Under the pieces are notes generated by a model. It was not told where the DNA came from. It did not search any database and was given only the letters and a program-made list of their open reading frames with translations. From the NCBI GenBank assembly GCA_002412795.1, contig DHVS01000032.1:27577-91576 (forward strand): a DNA stretch of 64,000 nucleotides. The letters are read 5' to 3'. Below are positions 18,317-27,663 of the stretch, piece after piece; position 1 is the stretch's first letter; each line of letters begins with the position of its first letter. Origin of the DNA: a bacterium UBP2_UBA5202 (GTDB taxonomy: Bacteria > Edwardsbacteria > AC1 > EtOH8). A program made the translations under genes and the position numbers.

Positions 18317-18772
18317 ATGTCCCAGATCATCGAAGCCCTGACCAACAACCACCTTTTCTCCTCGCTGACCCCGGAGGAACTGGAGCGAATTGCCAAGCTG
18401 ATCTTTCTGCGCAGCTACCGCCAGGGCCGCACCCTGTTCTTTGAGGGCACTCCGGGCGAGGTGATGTATCTGATCCATTCCGGGCAGGTGGGCATTTACA
18501 AATCCGTTCCCGGAAAGGATGACCTTTTGCTGGCCACACTCAAACCCGGCAGTTTTTTTGGCGAGATGTCCCTGGTGGACGCCCAGCCCCGCTCGGCCAC
18601 CGCCCGGATAGCCGAGGATGCCGAACTGGTGGTGATCACCAAAAAGGTCTTTGACCAGATGCTGCTGACCGATCCCGGCATCACCTCCAAGTTGCTGGTG
18701 GCCCTGCTTAAAGTGGCTTTGGGGCGGCTGCGCTCCACCGACGAAAAATTCAAGAGCTTGAAGCCGGCCTAA
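18317..18772 (+). CDS. Standalone cyclic-nucleotide-binding (CNB) domain protein
   Basis: GSFFGEMSLVDAQPRSATARI phosphate-binding cassette; AAGGAG SD. Confidence 0.8.
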   Translation: MSQIIEALTNNHLFSSLTPEELERIAKLIFLRSYRQGRTLFFEGTPGEVMYLIHSGQVGIYKSVPGKDDLLLATLKPGSFFGEMSLVDAQPRSATARIAEDAELVVITKKVFDQMLLTDPGITSKLLVALLKVALGRLRSTDEKFKSLKPA

Positions 18773-18868
18773 CGGCCGGTTGACCACCCCGGACAATCAT
18801 AGCATATCAAAAGTCTCTCTCCCTGTCAAGCCGGTAAGGCGCATCTGAAAACATTTATTTTAAAGACC

Positions 18869-19204
18869 ATGAACAAGCAGCATAAAGACGCCGTTGTTAC
18901 GGAAACTCCAGACACCACCGGCGGGGCCGGATACCGTCATTACCTGGGGATGGTCAAGGTGCTGGAACGGTTGAAGAGGCAGAGCGACCTGGAATTCGGC
19001 CCCAGACTGATGAACAAGATCCTGGACGCCCGCCACGGCGGGCTGATCAGCGACGAGCAGGCGGTGGAGCTGACCGACCGGATCCATGCCTGGAGCCAGA
19101 AGCTGGAGGAACATTTCGTCAGCCAGGAATACCAGATGAAAAAACTGATGCTGGCCATAGAAATGGACGAGCGCCGCAGCGGAAAAAAACCATCCACCCT
19201 GTAA
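18869..19204 (+). CDS. Hypothetical small protein immediately upstream of the cyclase
   Basis: 111-aa ORF, 15 nt before the cyclase gene; no motif recognised. Confidence 0.35.
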   Translation: MNKQHKDAVVTETPDTTGGAGYRHYLGMVKVLERLKRQSDLEFGPRLMNKILDARHGGLISDEQAVELTDRIHAWSQKLEEHFVSQEYQMKKLMLAIEMDERRSGKKPSTL

Positions 19205-19218
19205 CCGGAGTTTGCCAA

Positions 19219-22200
19219 ATGGAACGAACCGAACTGGTCAGTAGAATACTGGAGAGGCTGGGTCAGATCACCCGCAAGGAACAGGCCGTCCCGGCGGATC
19301 AGCAGGAACAGACGGTGTTTGTGCGGCTGGACCAGGTGGAGAAGATCGTCAGTTCCATCGAACGTTACCTGCCCCGGCGGATAATTGACAAGATCCTGCT
19401 CAACCCCGAAGGAACCCAGGTGGAGGGCGAACGCCGCCCGGTGACAGTCTTGTTCGGGGATCTCTCCGGGTTTACCTCCATGTCCGAGACCATGGACCCG
19501 GAACAGGTGGTGGAGGTGGTCAACCAGTACTTCGATGCCATGGTGGAGATCGCCTCCCGCTACGGCGGGCATATAGACAAATTCATGGGCGACGCCTTGA
19601 TGGTGCTGTTCGGGGCGCCGGTGGTCCATGAGGACGACCCGTTGCGGGCCTGTCTGGCGGCCATCGAGATGCTGGAGGCCATGGACCGGTTCGCCGCCGA
19701 GCGCAAGATGGCGCTGGCCATGAGCATCGGCCTTAATTCCGGCGAAGTGGTGGCCCTGAACGTGGGATCCAGGGAAAGGATGGAATACACCGTGATCGGC
19801 GACGCCGTCAACCTGGCGGCCCGGCTGGAAAAGGTGGCCAACTCCCGGGAATGCGTGATCGGCGAGAATACCTATAAGAGGGTCAAGGGAAAGATCCGGC
19901 TGAAAAAACTGAAGCCGGTGATGGTCAAGGGAAAATCCAAGGCCCAGAATGTTTATTTGATCCTGGGACGGGTGGAAGCCGAGGAAAAGGCCGGAGCCCT
20001 TCGTTCCGGCTCCATCAAGATGGTGGGCCGCCAGGCCGAAATGAACGGGATCCGTCAGGCGGTTCAAAAAACCAAAGCCGGAGCCGGACAGATCGTAGCC
20101 ATCACCGGAGAACCGGGGCTTGGGAAATCCCGCCTGGCCAAGGAGCTGGAGCTTCTGGCCCGGGAGGATAACTTTAAATTCATCAAGGGCAAATGCTACT
20201 CCTACGCTTCTGGCGTCGCCTATCTGCCGTTCCTCCGCCAGTTGAATGTCTTGGCCGGTATCGCCGACTCTGATCCCGGTCCCAAGAAATCCGAAAAACT
20301 GCAGTCCTGCCTCCAAACATTAGACCTGCTGGAGTTCGAGCCTTATTTGGGCGCTTTGTTGGGGCTGAGCTATCCCGACATCGAAGCCCTGGACCCGGAA
20401 AAGCGCAAGAGAAAAACATTCGAGGCCTTCTCGCAGCTTTATTCCAAAACCTCAGCCAAACAGCCGCTGGTTTTGGCTTTTGAAGACCTGCATTGGGCGG
20501 ACACCATCACCCTGGAATTGCTGGAGCGCCTGGTGGAAGACCTGGAAAAGAAACCGGCGCTGGTCTGCTGCGATTACCGGCCGGAACTGGCCCTGCCTTT
20601 CATCGCCCGTTCCAACTGCACGAGCCTGGTGCTGAACAAACTGGACGTCCGGGAGACACTGCAGATGATCTCCGGACTGGCCCAGGTCCAGGACGTCAGC
20701 GAAGAGGTGCTTAAAAAGATAGAGGAACGGACCGAGGGCAATCCCCTGTTCATTGAGGAAACCATCCGCAACCTGCTCTCCCGCCGGCTGGTCAAACGGG
20801 ACGGCCCCAATCTGCAGGCCTCCAAGCGCTTTGAAAAAATATCCCTCCCCAACACGGTGGCCGCCATGGTGCTGGGCCGGATAGACAAGCTTTCCGAAGA
20901 GTTCCGCCGCACCCTGCAGTACGCCGCGGTGATCGGCAAGGAATTCGACAGCCGCCTGCTGGGAAAAATTTCGGGGCAGAACCCGGAACAGATCCAGCCC
21001 ATACTGGATAACCTGGAGCATTTTGAAGGGCTTTTGTATTCCAAACTGCTGGAGGGAAAACGGACCTACGAGTTCCACTCCACCACCACTCACGAGGCCG
21101 CCTACTCCACCCTGCTTAAGGGCCGGCGCAGGGAGCTGCACGGACAGGCCGCCCAGGCCTTGGAGCGGGAACACCAAAAGGATCTCTACTCCCACTACGA
21201 AGACCTGGCCCACCACTACTACCACAGCAAGGACAGCGACAAGGCGGTAAACTACCTGCACCGGGCCGGGGACAAGGCCCGGGGGCTTTATGCCAATCCC
21301 GAAGCGGTGGAGTTCTACCGCAAGGGGCTGGAGTTGGTCAAGCTGCTCAAGGAGAGCCGCCCCAACCTGCTGGAGACCGCCGAGTTGCTGGGGGCCCAGG
21401 GGGCCATTTTCCGGCTGACAGGCCAGCGGGACCAGGCCCTTAAGAACTTCCTCACCGCCGCCAAGATATCCCAGCGGGAGAAGGACGACAAGGCCGAAAG
21501 GAAATACCTGCTCTCGGCCGGAATAGTGTACGATATGCTGGGGCAGCCACAGAAGAGCCGGGATATCATCGACAACGTCCTGGACACGGCAGAGGGTTCG
21601 GGGGACCAGATCGCCCAGGCGGTAGCCCTGCACAACAAGGGCAATCTGTTGCTGCGCGGCGGAAACAACAATGAGGCGATAGACTCCTTTTCCAAAGCCC
21701 TCTCGATTTACCAGGCGCTGAAAAAGGAGCGGGAGATCGCCCAGATCCAGGGAAGCCTGGGAAAGGCCTTTGAACTGACCGGAGAGCTGCCCCGGGCGGT
21801 GGAGCATTACCGGAAGGCCATCGAAATTTCAACCTCCGTAAGATACACCGAAGGAATCGCTTTGCAGAACAACAACATCGGGAACCCCCTGCTGATGCTG
21901 GGCGAAGTCGAGGAGGCCGGCAAACACTTTGCCGCGGCGCTGGAAACCGCCAAAAAGATAGGCGACCGGAGAATAGAGTCCTTTGCCGGTTTCAACTTGG
22001 GAAACATTCAGTTTATGCTGGGCAGCTATACGGCGGCCTATGACCATTATGAGCGGGCGCTGCTGTCCGCCAAAGAGATCGGGGAGATAGCCCAGCAGAT
22101 GAACATCTCCTGCAATATCGGTTCGGTCTATCAGATCTGGGGTGACGCCCAGCCGGCAGTAGAACAGCACGCCGCGGCCCTCAAGATCTCACTGGTGATC

Positions 22201-23016
22201 AAGGACCGCAATACCGAGGCGGAGATCCGGAGGAACCTGGGCCTGGACCTGGCCCTGCATGGCAGATACCGGGAATCCCTGGAGGAGTTTGAAGGGGCGG
22301 CAGACTTGGCAGTTAAGATCGGTGACCCCCGGATGCAGGCCTATGTCAAGGCCAACCTGGGAGAACTTTTCCACCTGCTGGGCCGGCCGGAGCAGGCGGA
22401 GAGATCGATAACCGAAGCTCTGGAAGAAGCCCGCCAGGTCCGTGACCCCGAGGTCATCCTGGCCGCAGCCCGGGGTTTGGTGGAGTTCAAGCTGGCCACC
22501 GGAGATCTTCCCGGAGCCGAAGAGCATGTTAACCGCCTTTTGGGGCTGGCCGAAAAAACCCGGAACAAAAGGGAGACGGCTTACGGCCTGTTAAATTTAT
22601 CAGCCCTGATGATGAAGAAGGGCGAATCTGTAGAAATGACCCAGCCGCTTTCTGAATCCCTGGTCCTGGCCCAGGAACTTAAGGACAAATTTCTTTTGGG
22701 CCGGATTTACCTGCTGTTTGCCCAAAAGGCCTTACTTGCCAGCAATATCAGGGAAGCCGAAGACTATTTGAAGGATGCTTCGGAAATGGCCAAGAAAACG
22801 GAATCTCCTGAGCTTTCGTGGCAGACCGGTTATTATCTCAGCAAGTTATATGACCTGAAGGAAAATAGGGAACAAGCTGAAAAGGAGCTGGAAAACGCGC
22901 AGAATATAATCAAGCAAATGGAAAGCAGTTTGCCCCAGGTTGTTAGAGACGGCTTTATAGAAAAAACTTCCCGCAAGCTTGCGTTTACTAACGCGAGGGG
23001 CCAAGAACAACCATAA
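19219..23016 (+). CDS. Class III adenylate cyclase fused to STAND (AAA_16-type) NTPase and TPR repeat array
   Basis: Cyclase catalytic domain (FGDLSGFT, KFMGDALM, GDAVNLAARLE with Lys/Asp substrate residues indicating ATP); Walker A ITGEPGLGKSRLAKE; extensive C-terminal TPRs; 1265 aa. Confidence 0.8.
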   Translation: MERTELVSRILERLGQITRKEQAVPADQQEQTVFVRLDQVEKIVSSIERYLPRRIIDKILLNPEGTQVEGERRPVTVLFGDLSGFTSMSETMDPEQVVEVVNQYFDAMVEIASRYGGHIDKFMGDALMVLFGAPVVHEDDPLRACLAAIEMLEAMDRFAAERKMALAMSIGLNSGEVVALNVGSRERMEYTVIGDAVNLAARLEKVANSRECVIGENTYKRVKGKIRLKKLKPVMVKGKSKAQNVYLILGRVEAEEKAGALRSGSIKMVGRQAEMNGIRQAVQKTKAGAGQIVAITGEPGLGKSRLAKELELLAREDNFKFIKGKCYSYASGVAYLPFLRQLNVLAGIADSDPGPKKSEKLQSCLQTLDLLEFEPYLGALLGLSYPDIEALDPEKRKRKTFEAFSQLYSKTSAKQPLVLAFEDLHWADTITLELLERLVEDLEKKPALVCCDYRPELALPFIARSNCTSLVLNKLDVRETLQMISGLAQVQDVSEEVLKKIEERTEGNPLFIEETIRNLLSRRLVKRDGPNLQASKRFEKISLPNTVAAMVLGRIDKLSEEFRRTLQYAAVIGKEFDSRLLGKISGQNPEQIQPILDNLEHFEGLLYSKLLEGKRTYEFHSTTTHEAAYSTLLKGRRRELHGQAAQALEREHQKDLYSHYEDLAHHYYHSKDSDKAVNYLHRAGDKARGLYANPEAVEFYRKGLELVKLLKESRPNLLETAELLGAQGAIFRLTGQRDQALKNFLTAAKISQREKDDKAERKYLLSAGIVYDMLGQPQKSRDIIDNVLDTAEGSGDQIAQAVALHNKGNLLLRGGNNNEAIDSFSKALSIYQALKKEREIAQIQGSLGKAFELTGELPRAVEHYRKAIEISTSVRYTEGIALQNNNIGNPLLMLGEVEEAGKHFAAALETAKKIGDRRIESFAGFNLGNIQFMLGSYTAAYDHYERALLSAKEIGEIAQQMNISCNIGSVYQIWGDAQPAVEQHAAALKISLVIKDRNTEAEIRRNLGLDLALHGRYRESLEEFEGAADLAVKIGDPRMQAYVKANLGELFHLLGRPEQAERSITEALEEARQVRDPEVILAAARGLVEFKLATGDLPGAEEHVNRLLGLAEKTRNKRETAYGLLNLSALMMKKGESVEMTQPLSESLVLAQELKDKFLLGRIYLLFAQKALLASNIREAEDYLKDASEMAKKTESPELSWQTGYYLSKLYDLKENREQAEKELENAQNIIKQMESSLPQVVRDGFIEKTSRKLAFTNARGQEQP

Positions 23017-23148
23017 GGCCATAAATGGCCTTGGTCACCTGCGGCGGGCATCATTAACCCGGCCCTTAAGGGCTGGGTTAAACACAGACACTATACTGGA
23101 GTTTCAGGCCGTTCACGGCCTTTTAATAAATGGGATGTGGAAGGATTA

Positions 23149-23180
23149 AAAAAGGGCGGCCATTTGGCCGCCCTTTTTAT
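23149..23180. terminator. Bidirectional rho-independent terminator between convergent cyclase and T9SS cargo genes
   Basis: AAAAAGGGCGGCC-ATTT-GGCCGCCCTTTTTAT. Confidence 0.8.
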
Positions 23181-23190
23181 CTGAATGCTG

Positions 23191-26100
23191 TTATCTTAGC
23201 AGCACCATCCTTTGGGTAAGGCTGGTCCCTTCAAAATTCAGCTGGTAAAAATACACCCCGGCCGGCATCATCCTTCCCTGGCTGTCGTCGCCCTTCCAGG
23301 TCAGGCTGTAAGCTCCGCTTTGTTTTTGACCCTGGTCTAAAGTATTTACCCTCCGTCCGCAGATATCGTAGACATTTAGCGATACCGCTCCTGGTTTGTG
23401 CAGGGCATACTTGATTACAACCGCACCCGAGGAGGGGTTGGGATGACAGGGCATCAACTGCAGCTTATCGTAGACCAGACCTCCGCTTACCGCCATTACC
23501 GGGCCGTGCCAGGTCACCTGCCCGTTCAGGTCCTTGTCCCCCAGCCGGTAATAGTAAGTGGTGTTGGGCAATACCTCCGCATCGGTGTAGCTGTAGCTTC
23601 TGCCCACCGAGGATCCGCCCTCGGCCTCAATGGTTTTTATGTTTTGGAAATCTTCGGTGGGGCTGATTGAGCGCTCTATCAGCCATTGATAGTTGTCTTT
23701 CTCGCTGGCGGTTTGCCAGATCAATGTTATCCCCTCGTCCCCGCTCTGGCAGGCAAATTCAGAAAGTTCCACCGCCAAAGGCGTGGCCATAGCCCGGGGC
23801 GAAACCCCGGCAGCCAAGCTGTTGAATTGGTAGAAATAGGGATACTTGGCCACCGGGGCCTTGGAATCTTTGCCGATGTTGTTGGTGGTGGGGAAGGCGT
23901 TCCAGGAATGCTCGTTGGCCTCGTTGTTGCAGACCACCAGATATTTGAAGACATTGCCTACGGTATATTTCAAATAGGCGAACGGCACCTGGACCTCCAG
24001 GTAATTATATTTATTTATGCTGTCCAGCGACAAATAGCTGGTGTTGTATGAAGCTATGGAGTCCACCCAGGTCTTGCTGCCGGTGGATTTTTTCAGCACC
24101 GCGGTGGTTCCGTTCTCTATTATCAGGCAGAAATCCGGCCGGAAAGCGGGATCGAAACCGGAACAGGAATCCCCGGCATTATAGGTGCAGGTGGAATCGG
24201 CTCCGCCGGCCCGGGTGTCGAAATAAATGAACATGTCGCCGGCGGTTCGCCAATCGCAGCGGCTGTATCCCAGATAGAGATTGGATGCATCCCAAGTGGT
24301 GAACAGGGTGTCGCCGAGACGGATGCCTATCCTTTCGCTCTTGGTGAAATCGTTTACGCAGCCGTATGTGTAGCCCAGCCTGATCGTGTGGGGGGTGACC
24401 GTGTCGCCGGTGGCAATGATTCTCGGCTCGTTGCCCAAGGTACCCCATCTTACGGGTGAGCTCTCGTCGCCAGCTTTCAGGGCAAATATCAGGGTGTCGC
24501 CCGGAGCGAAGCCGAAGACATTTTTCTTTTCCCGGACATCCACGTTTGCCGGCACCCAAGCCTGATAATAGGTCATTCCGGTATCAATAAAATCTTCCTC
24601 GGAGCTCATCTTGCCCAAATCCGAGGCGGAGGCATTGTACTTGGTGTATTTTAACCAGTATTTACTGGCTTTTTCGGCCGCGTTGTCGTCGCTGACGGCA
24701 GTCCAGGAAAGCTCAACTGTGCCCTCGACGGTTCCGGTATAAACAGAATCCACCAGATCCACGATCGGCTCCGGCTCCACGTTAAAGCCCTGGTAGGCCA
24801 GGATCCGCCGGGTCAGCTCCGAGGCGGTGCTGGGAAATATGCCGTTTGTCAGTGAGCCGATGGAAAATGTCAGGTAGACGTTGTTGTGGACGGAAGCCTT
24901 GGTTCCCTTGTAATAGTCACCGTAGGAGGTGGCCCGGCCGTAGGTGATCTTGCCGGGGCCTTCGCTGGTCATGAGAAGGTTTGAGCCTGAAGCATACGGC
25001 TCTATGATGTCCACCGAATTGTCTGGCCCCTGTTGGAAAGGATAATCGAACATCATGCCATCGGTAAAGGTTCCGGCCAGGCCGTAGATCTTCTGGATGT
25101 TTCCGGTGGCGGCCGGGTTGCCGGGCCCGACATACTTGGAGCCGAACCTGGAGAACAGGGTGGTGGTGTTGTACATCTGCCCGAAGTCGTTGCCAGCCAT
25201 TATCAGGCACTTCAGGCTGTCGTCGGCGAAGGACACCAGGGAATCAAGCTGCTCCGGCTGGATGACTCCGGCTGTGCTGCCATCCTCGGCGTAACCCAGG
25301 TCCACCAGGCAGAGATCATAGGCTTCGCTGCTGTTAAGCTTGCCCTGCTTGCGCCAGGCGTATTCCAAAATGTCGGTGTTGGTGATCTGAACGAACTGCT
25401 GATTGGGGATGTTGCGTTCCTTGAAGGCCAGCACATAGGCCGAGTCCAGAGGGATATACAGGGATTCCGGCTCGGCGATGGGATCTTCGTTCCAGCCGGG
25501 GGTTGATGGATCATCGTAGCTCTTCTTGGGGTGGTACCAGATCTTCCGCCCCGATTCCTTGTCCTTGCTGATGTGGTAGTTTATGTCCACTTTCTTGAGG
25601 GTGTCCTGCTCCGCCTTGGCCGAATTGGTGAAATACTGGCCGAAGATGTCGCCCAGCCCGGTGGTGCGGCTGGAGTCCATCCAGGCAACCGAGAACCATT
25701 CCCCGAAGCGGCAGACCGCCGGGGCCCGCTGGCCGTTGGCCGGGTTTTGGTTGACCAGCTTGACCTTCTCCCACCTGGCGGCGTAGTCAAAATAGCGGGA
25801 CTTGATCTCATAACGATCCGAGCCCATCGAGTCAGCCCAGCTGACCCAGAAGGAGACATTGTCGGCATTCATAACGATGGAGGGTATCCGGCAGGCCACC
25901 GGATAGACCGGCAGGTTAACCTGAAAATTCTTGTCGATGGGCTTGGCATCCGGGTCAAAGCGTTGGGCATAAATATTACCCAGAACATTGCCGGTATAAT
26001 TTATCCAGGCGATGGTGAAAAAGCCGGTGTCATTGGCCGCGATGGCCGGGGTGAGGTGCGGCACTTCGACGTTCTCGCTGATCCGGGCTTCGTTGGTCAG

Positions 26101-26823
26101 GGGGCTGAGGTCGGCCTTGTAGTAGCGCAAGAAAATGCTGGGCCGGGATGGGCGGTGGTCCTGCCAGGTTATGGCGATGTACTTCTCGCTATAGCTTACC
26201 GCCGGCAGCACCTGATGGTACTTGTCGGGATCCTGGCTGATCTTGATATCGTCGCTGATCGGCTTGCAGTCGTAGTCGAACAGCCGGGCATAGATGTCCC
26301 AATCGCCGTCCCGTTCATCCTGCCAGACCACCACGAACCGCTGGTTAATGGGGTTGACCGCCACCTTGGGAAACTTGGCGTGCTTGGCTACTACCCGATT
26401 GATACGGAAATCCTCGGACAGCGGGAAACCGTCGGGCTTCATCTTGTGGCCGTAGATCTGCCAGAAGGGATCCTTGTAGATCGAGTCCTGCCACACCACA
26501 AAGACATAATCCCCCGACTTACCGGCCAAGTCAGGAGCCTTTTGGTCCCGGTTGTCCTGGGCCTTAGTGTTAACCAGAAAGGATGGCGTCAGCGGGGCGG
26601 GCTTGCGCTGCCACAGGCGGCCGTAGATGTTCCAGTTGCCGTCCCGGCGGTCGGCCCAGACGTAAGTGGAGTTGTAGTCCCGGTCCATCACCGCCGCCGG
26701 CGCCTCCTGGGCGGTCTCGCCGGCATCGTTGTCCCAAAGGAATATCTTGCAGGTGTCTTTGGCGGCCAGGGCCGCAGAGGACACGGCCATTACCGCGAAC
26801 AATAGACTTACTATTTTTTTCAC
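23191..26823 (-). CDS. Large secreted protein with repeated beta-propeller-like modules and C-terminal T9SS sorting domain
   Basis: Signal peptide MKKIVSLLFAVMAVSSAALA; repeated VVWQD..WDIY..F motif blocks; C-terminal ..LNVYDICGRRVNTL..GAYSLTWKGDD..GVYFYQL.. (Por/T9SS CTD pattern); 1210 aa. Confidence 0.7.
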   Translation of the reverse strand: MKKIVSLLFAVMAVSSAALAAKDTCKIFLWDNDAGETAQEAPAAVMDRDYNSTYVWADRRDGNWNIYGRLWQRKPAPLTPSFLVNTKAQDNRDQKAPDLAGKSGDYVFVVWQDSIYKDPFWQIYGHKMKPDGFPLSEDFRINRVVAKHAKFPKVAVNPINQRFVVVWQDERDGDWDIYARLFDYDCKPISDDIKISQDPDKYHQVLPAVSYSEKYIAITWQDHRPSRPSIFLRYYKADLSPLTNEARISENVEVPHLTPAIAANDTGFFTIAWINYTGNVLGNIYAQRFDPDAKPIDKNFQVNLPVYPVACRIPSIVMNADNVSFWVSWADSMGSDRYEIKSRYFDYAARWEKVKLVNQNPANGQRAPAVCRFGEWFSVAWMDSSRTTGLGDIFGQYFTNSAKAEQDTLKKVDINYHISKDKESGRKIWYHPKKSYDDPSTPGWNEDPIAEPESLYIPLDSAYVLAFKERNIPNQQFVQITNTDILEYAWRKQGKLNSSEAYDLCLVDLGYAEDGSTAGVIQPEQLDSLVSFADDSLKCLIMAGNDFGQMYNTTTLFSRFGSKYVGPGNPAATGNIQKIYGLAGTFTDGMMFDYPFQQGPDNSVDIIEPYASGSNLLMTSEGPGKITYGRATSYGDYYKGTKASVHNNVYLTFSIGSLTNGIFPSTASELTRRILAYQGFNVEPEPIVDLVDSVYTGTVEGTVELSWTAVSDDNAAEKASKYWLKYTKYNASASDLGKMSSEEDFIDTGMTYYQAWVPANVDVREKKNVFGFAPGDTLIFALKAGDESSPVRWGTLGNEPRIIATGDTVTPHTIRLGYTYGCVNDFTKSERIGIRLGDTLFTTWDASNLYLGYSRCDWRTAGDMFIYFDTRAGGADSTCTYNAGDSCSGFDPAFRPDFCLIIENGTTAVLKKSTGSKTWVDSIASYNTSYLSLDSINKYNYLEVQVPFAYLKYTVGNVFKYLVVCNNEANEHSWNAFPTTNNIGKDSKAPVAKYPYFYQFNSLAAGVSPRAMATPLAVELSEFACQSGDEGITLIWQTASEKDNYQWLIERSISPTEDFQNIKTIEAEGGSSVGRSYSYTDAEVLPNTTYYYRLGDKDLNGQVTWHGPVMAVSGGLVYDKLQLMPCHPNPSSGAVVIKYALHKPGAVSLNVYDICGRRVNTLDQGQKQSGAYSLTWKGDDSQGRMMPAGVYFYQLNFEGTSLTQRMVLLR

Positions 26824-27200
26824 TGGGTTTTTCTCCTTTTCCCTGGTGTTTTTTCCCGGATGGCAGCCAAAGCCATCGAGAGCAGTTTTATTCTTTTATC
26901 TTTGTCGTCCAAACACTGCTTTAGCAGTTTAAGTATATCTGATTTTTTTAAGTCGGAGGTGGGAAGGTACCAGTTCTCGCCTTTCTTTTTTATCTTCTGA
27001 AGTGTTTTGGCCTCTACGAATTGCTCCAAGCAGCAACTGATCTCGTCATGGCTTTTGCCCAACAACTTGGAAATGCTTTTGGGGGTTTCCTGGGCATTGG
27101 GCTGGCGGGCATAATGCAAAACAATGTCCAAAGCAGTGAAGCTGTGGATCGACCTTTGGATGAAATAGTCTAAGTCTTTATTTTCATTATCGCTATGCAT
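26820..27200 (-). CDS. Small protein, possible winged-helix DNA-binding regulator, co-transcribed with the T9SS cargo gene
   Basis: 126 aa; helix-turn-helix-like TALDIVLHYARQP..ETPKSISKLLGKSHDEISCCLEQFVEAK..KKGENWY; 4-nt overlap with downstream gene; lower GC than neighbours. Confidence 0.4.
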   Translation of the reverse strand: MHSDNENKDLDYFIQRSIHSFTALDIVLHYARQPNAQETPKSISKLLGKSHDEISCCLEQFVEAKTLQKIKKKGENWYLPTSDLKKSDILKLLKQCLDDKDKRIKLLSMALAAIREKTPGKRRKTQ

Positions 27201-27395
27201 AGTTATCTCTTATTGAGAACAATATAATGCAAAAACTATGCCAACTAGTTTATCAATTTATATTACCATGCAACAACTGGACTTATGTTACTTATTGATT
27301 TTATGCTTTTGGTTGAATTGTTGTATTTATATATAACGTCAATAAAAAAATGTACTGTCTACCTTTGGTTACATTTGCACAATTTATTTTAATAA

Positions 27396-27412
27396 TGCAT
27401 TTTTTGTGCCTT
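27396..27412 (-). promoter_or_regulatory. Candidate sigma54 (-24/-12) promoter reading toward the wHTH and T9SS cargo operon
   Basis: Minus strand reads AGGCAC-AAAAA-ATGCA with GG-N10-GC spacing, matching TGGCAC-N5-TTGCW; about 185 nt upstream of the ATG at 27200. Confidence 0.35.
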
Positions 27413-27547
27413 TTATTAATTTTGTTTATATATTTTCTATCTATCTTATTATCAACAATTTAGCCCCCTGCTCGTTATTACCAAACAACATATTGAGGTG
27501 TAATATTTACACTCCTGTTTCATCAATGCCATATCTTTCAAATAGTT

Positions 27548-27578
27548 ATAATAAGATGTAAATTTTACATCTTATTAT
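27548..27578. promoter_or_regulatory. 31-bp perfect palindrome (ATAATAAGATGTAAA-T-TTTACATCTTATTAT); candidate enhancer (UAS) for the adjacent sigma54 activator
   Basis: Direct read; arms of 15 bp identical on reverse complement; centre about 150 bp upstream of the candidate -24 element. Confidence 0.45.
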
Positions 27579-27592
27579 GGTTTCTTGCACGT

Positions 27593-27625
27593 AAAAAGGC
27601 CTTAACACAAGCTAAGGCCTTTTTG
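27593..27625. terminator. Rho-independent terminator after the sigma54 activator gene
   Basis: AAAAAGGCCTTA-ACACAAGC-TAAGGCCTTTTTG. Confidence 0.75.
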
Positions 27626-27663
27626 TAAATAGCTTTGTGAGTAATCATTGAATCTTAGTTGAC

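Noticed and set aside
18940-21807. Long antisense ORFs (458 and 451 aa) inside the adenylate cyclase-STAND gene
   Set aside because: GC-rich mirror ORFs with Gly/Pro/Leu/Gln-rich composition. The sense strand has clear cyclase and Walker motifs.
25531-26805. 424-aa plus-strand ORF opposite the T9SS cargo gene
   Set aside because: Antisense artefact. The minus-strand product has a signal peptide and a canonical T9SS C-terminal domain.
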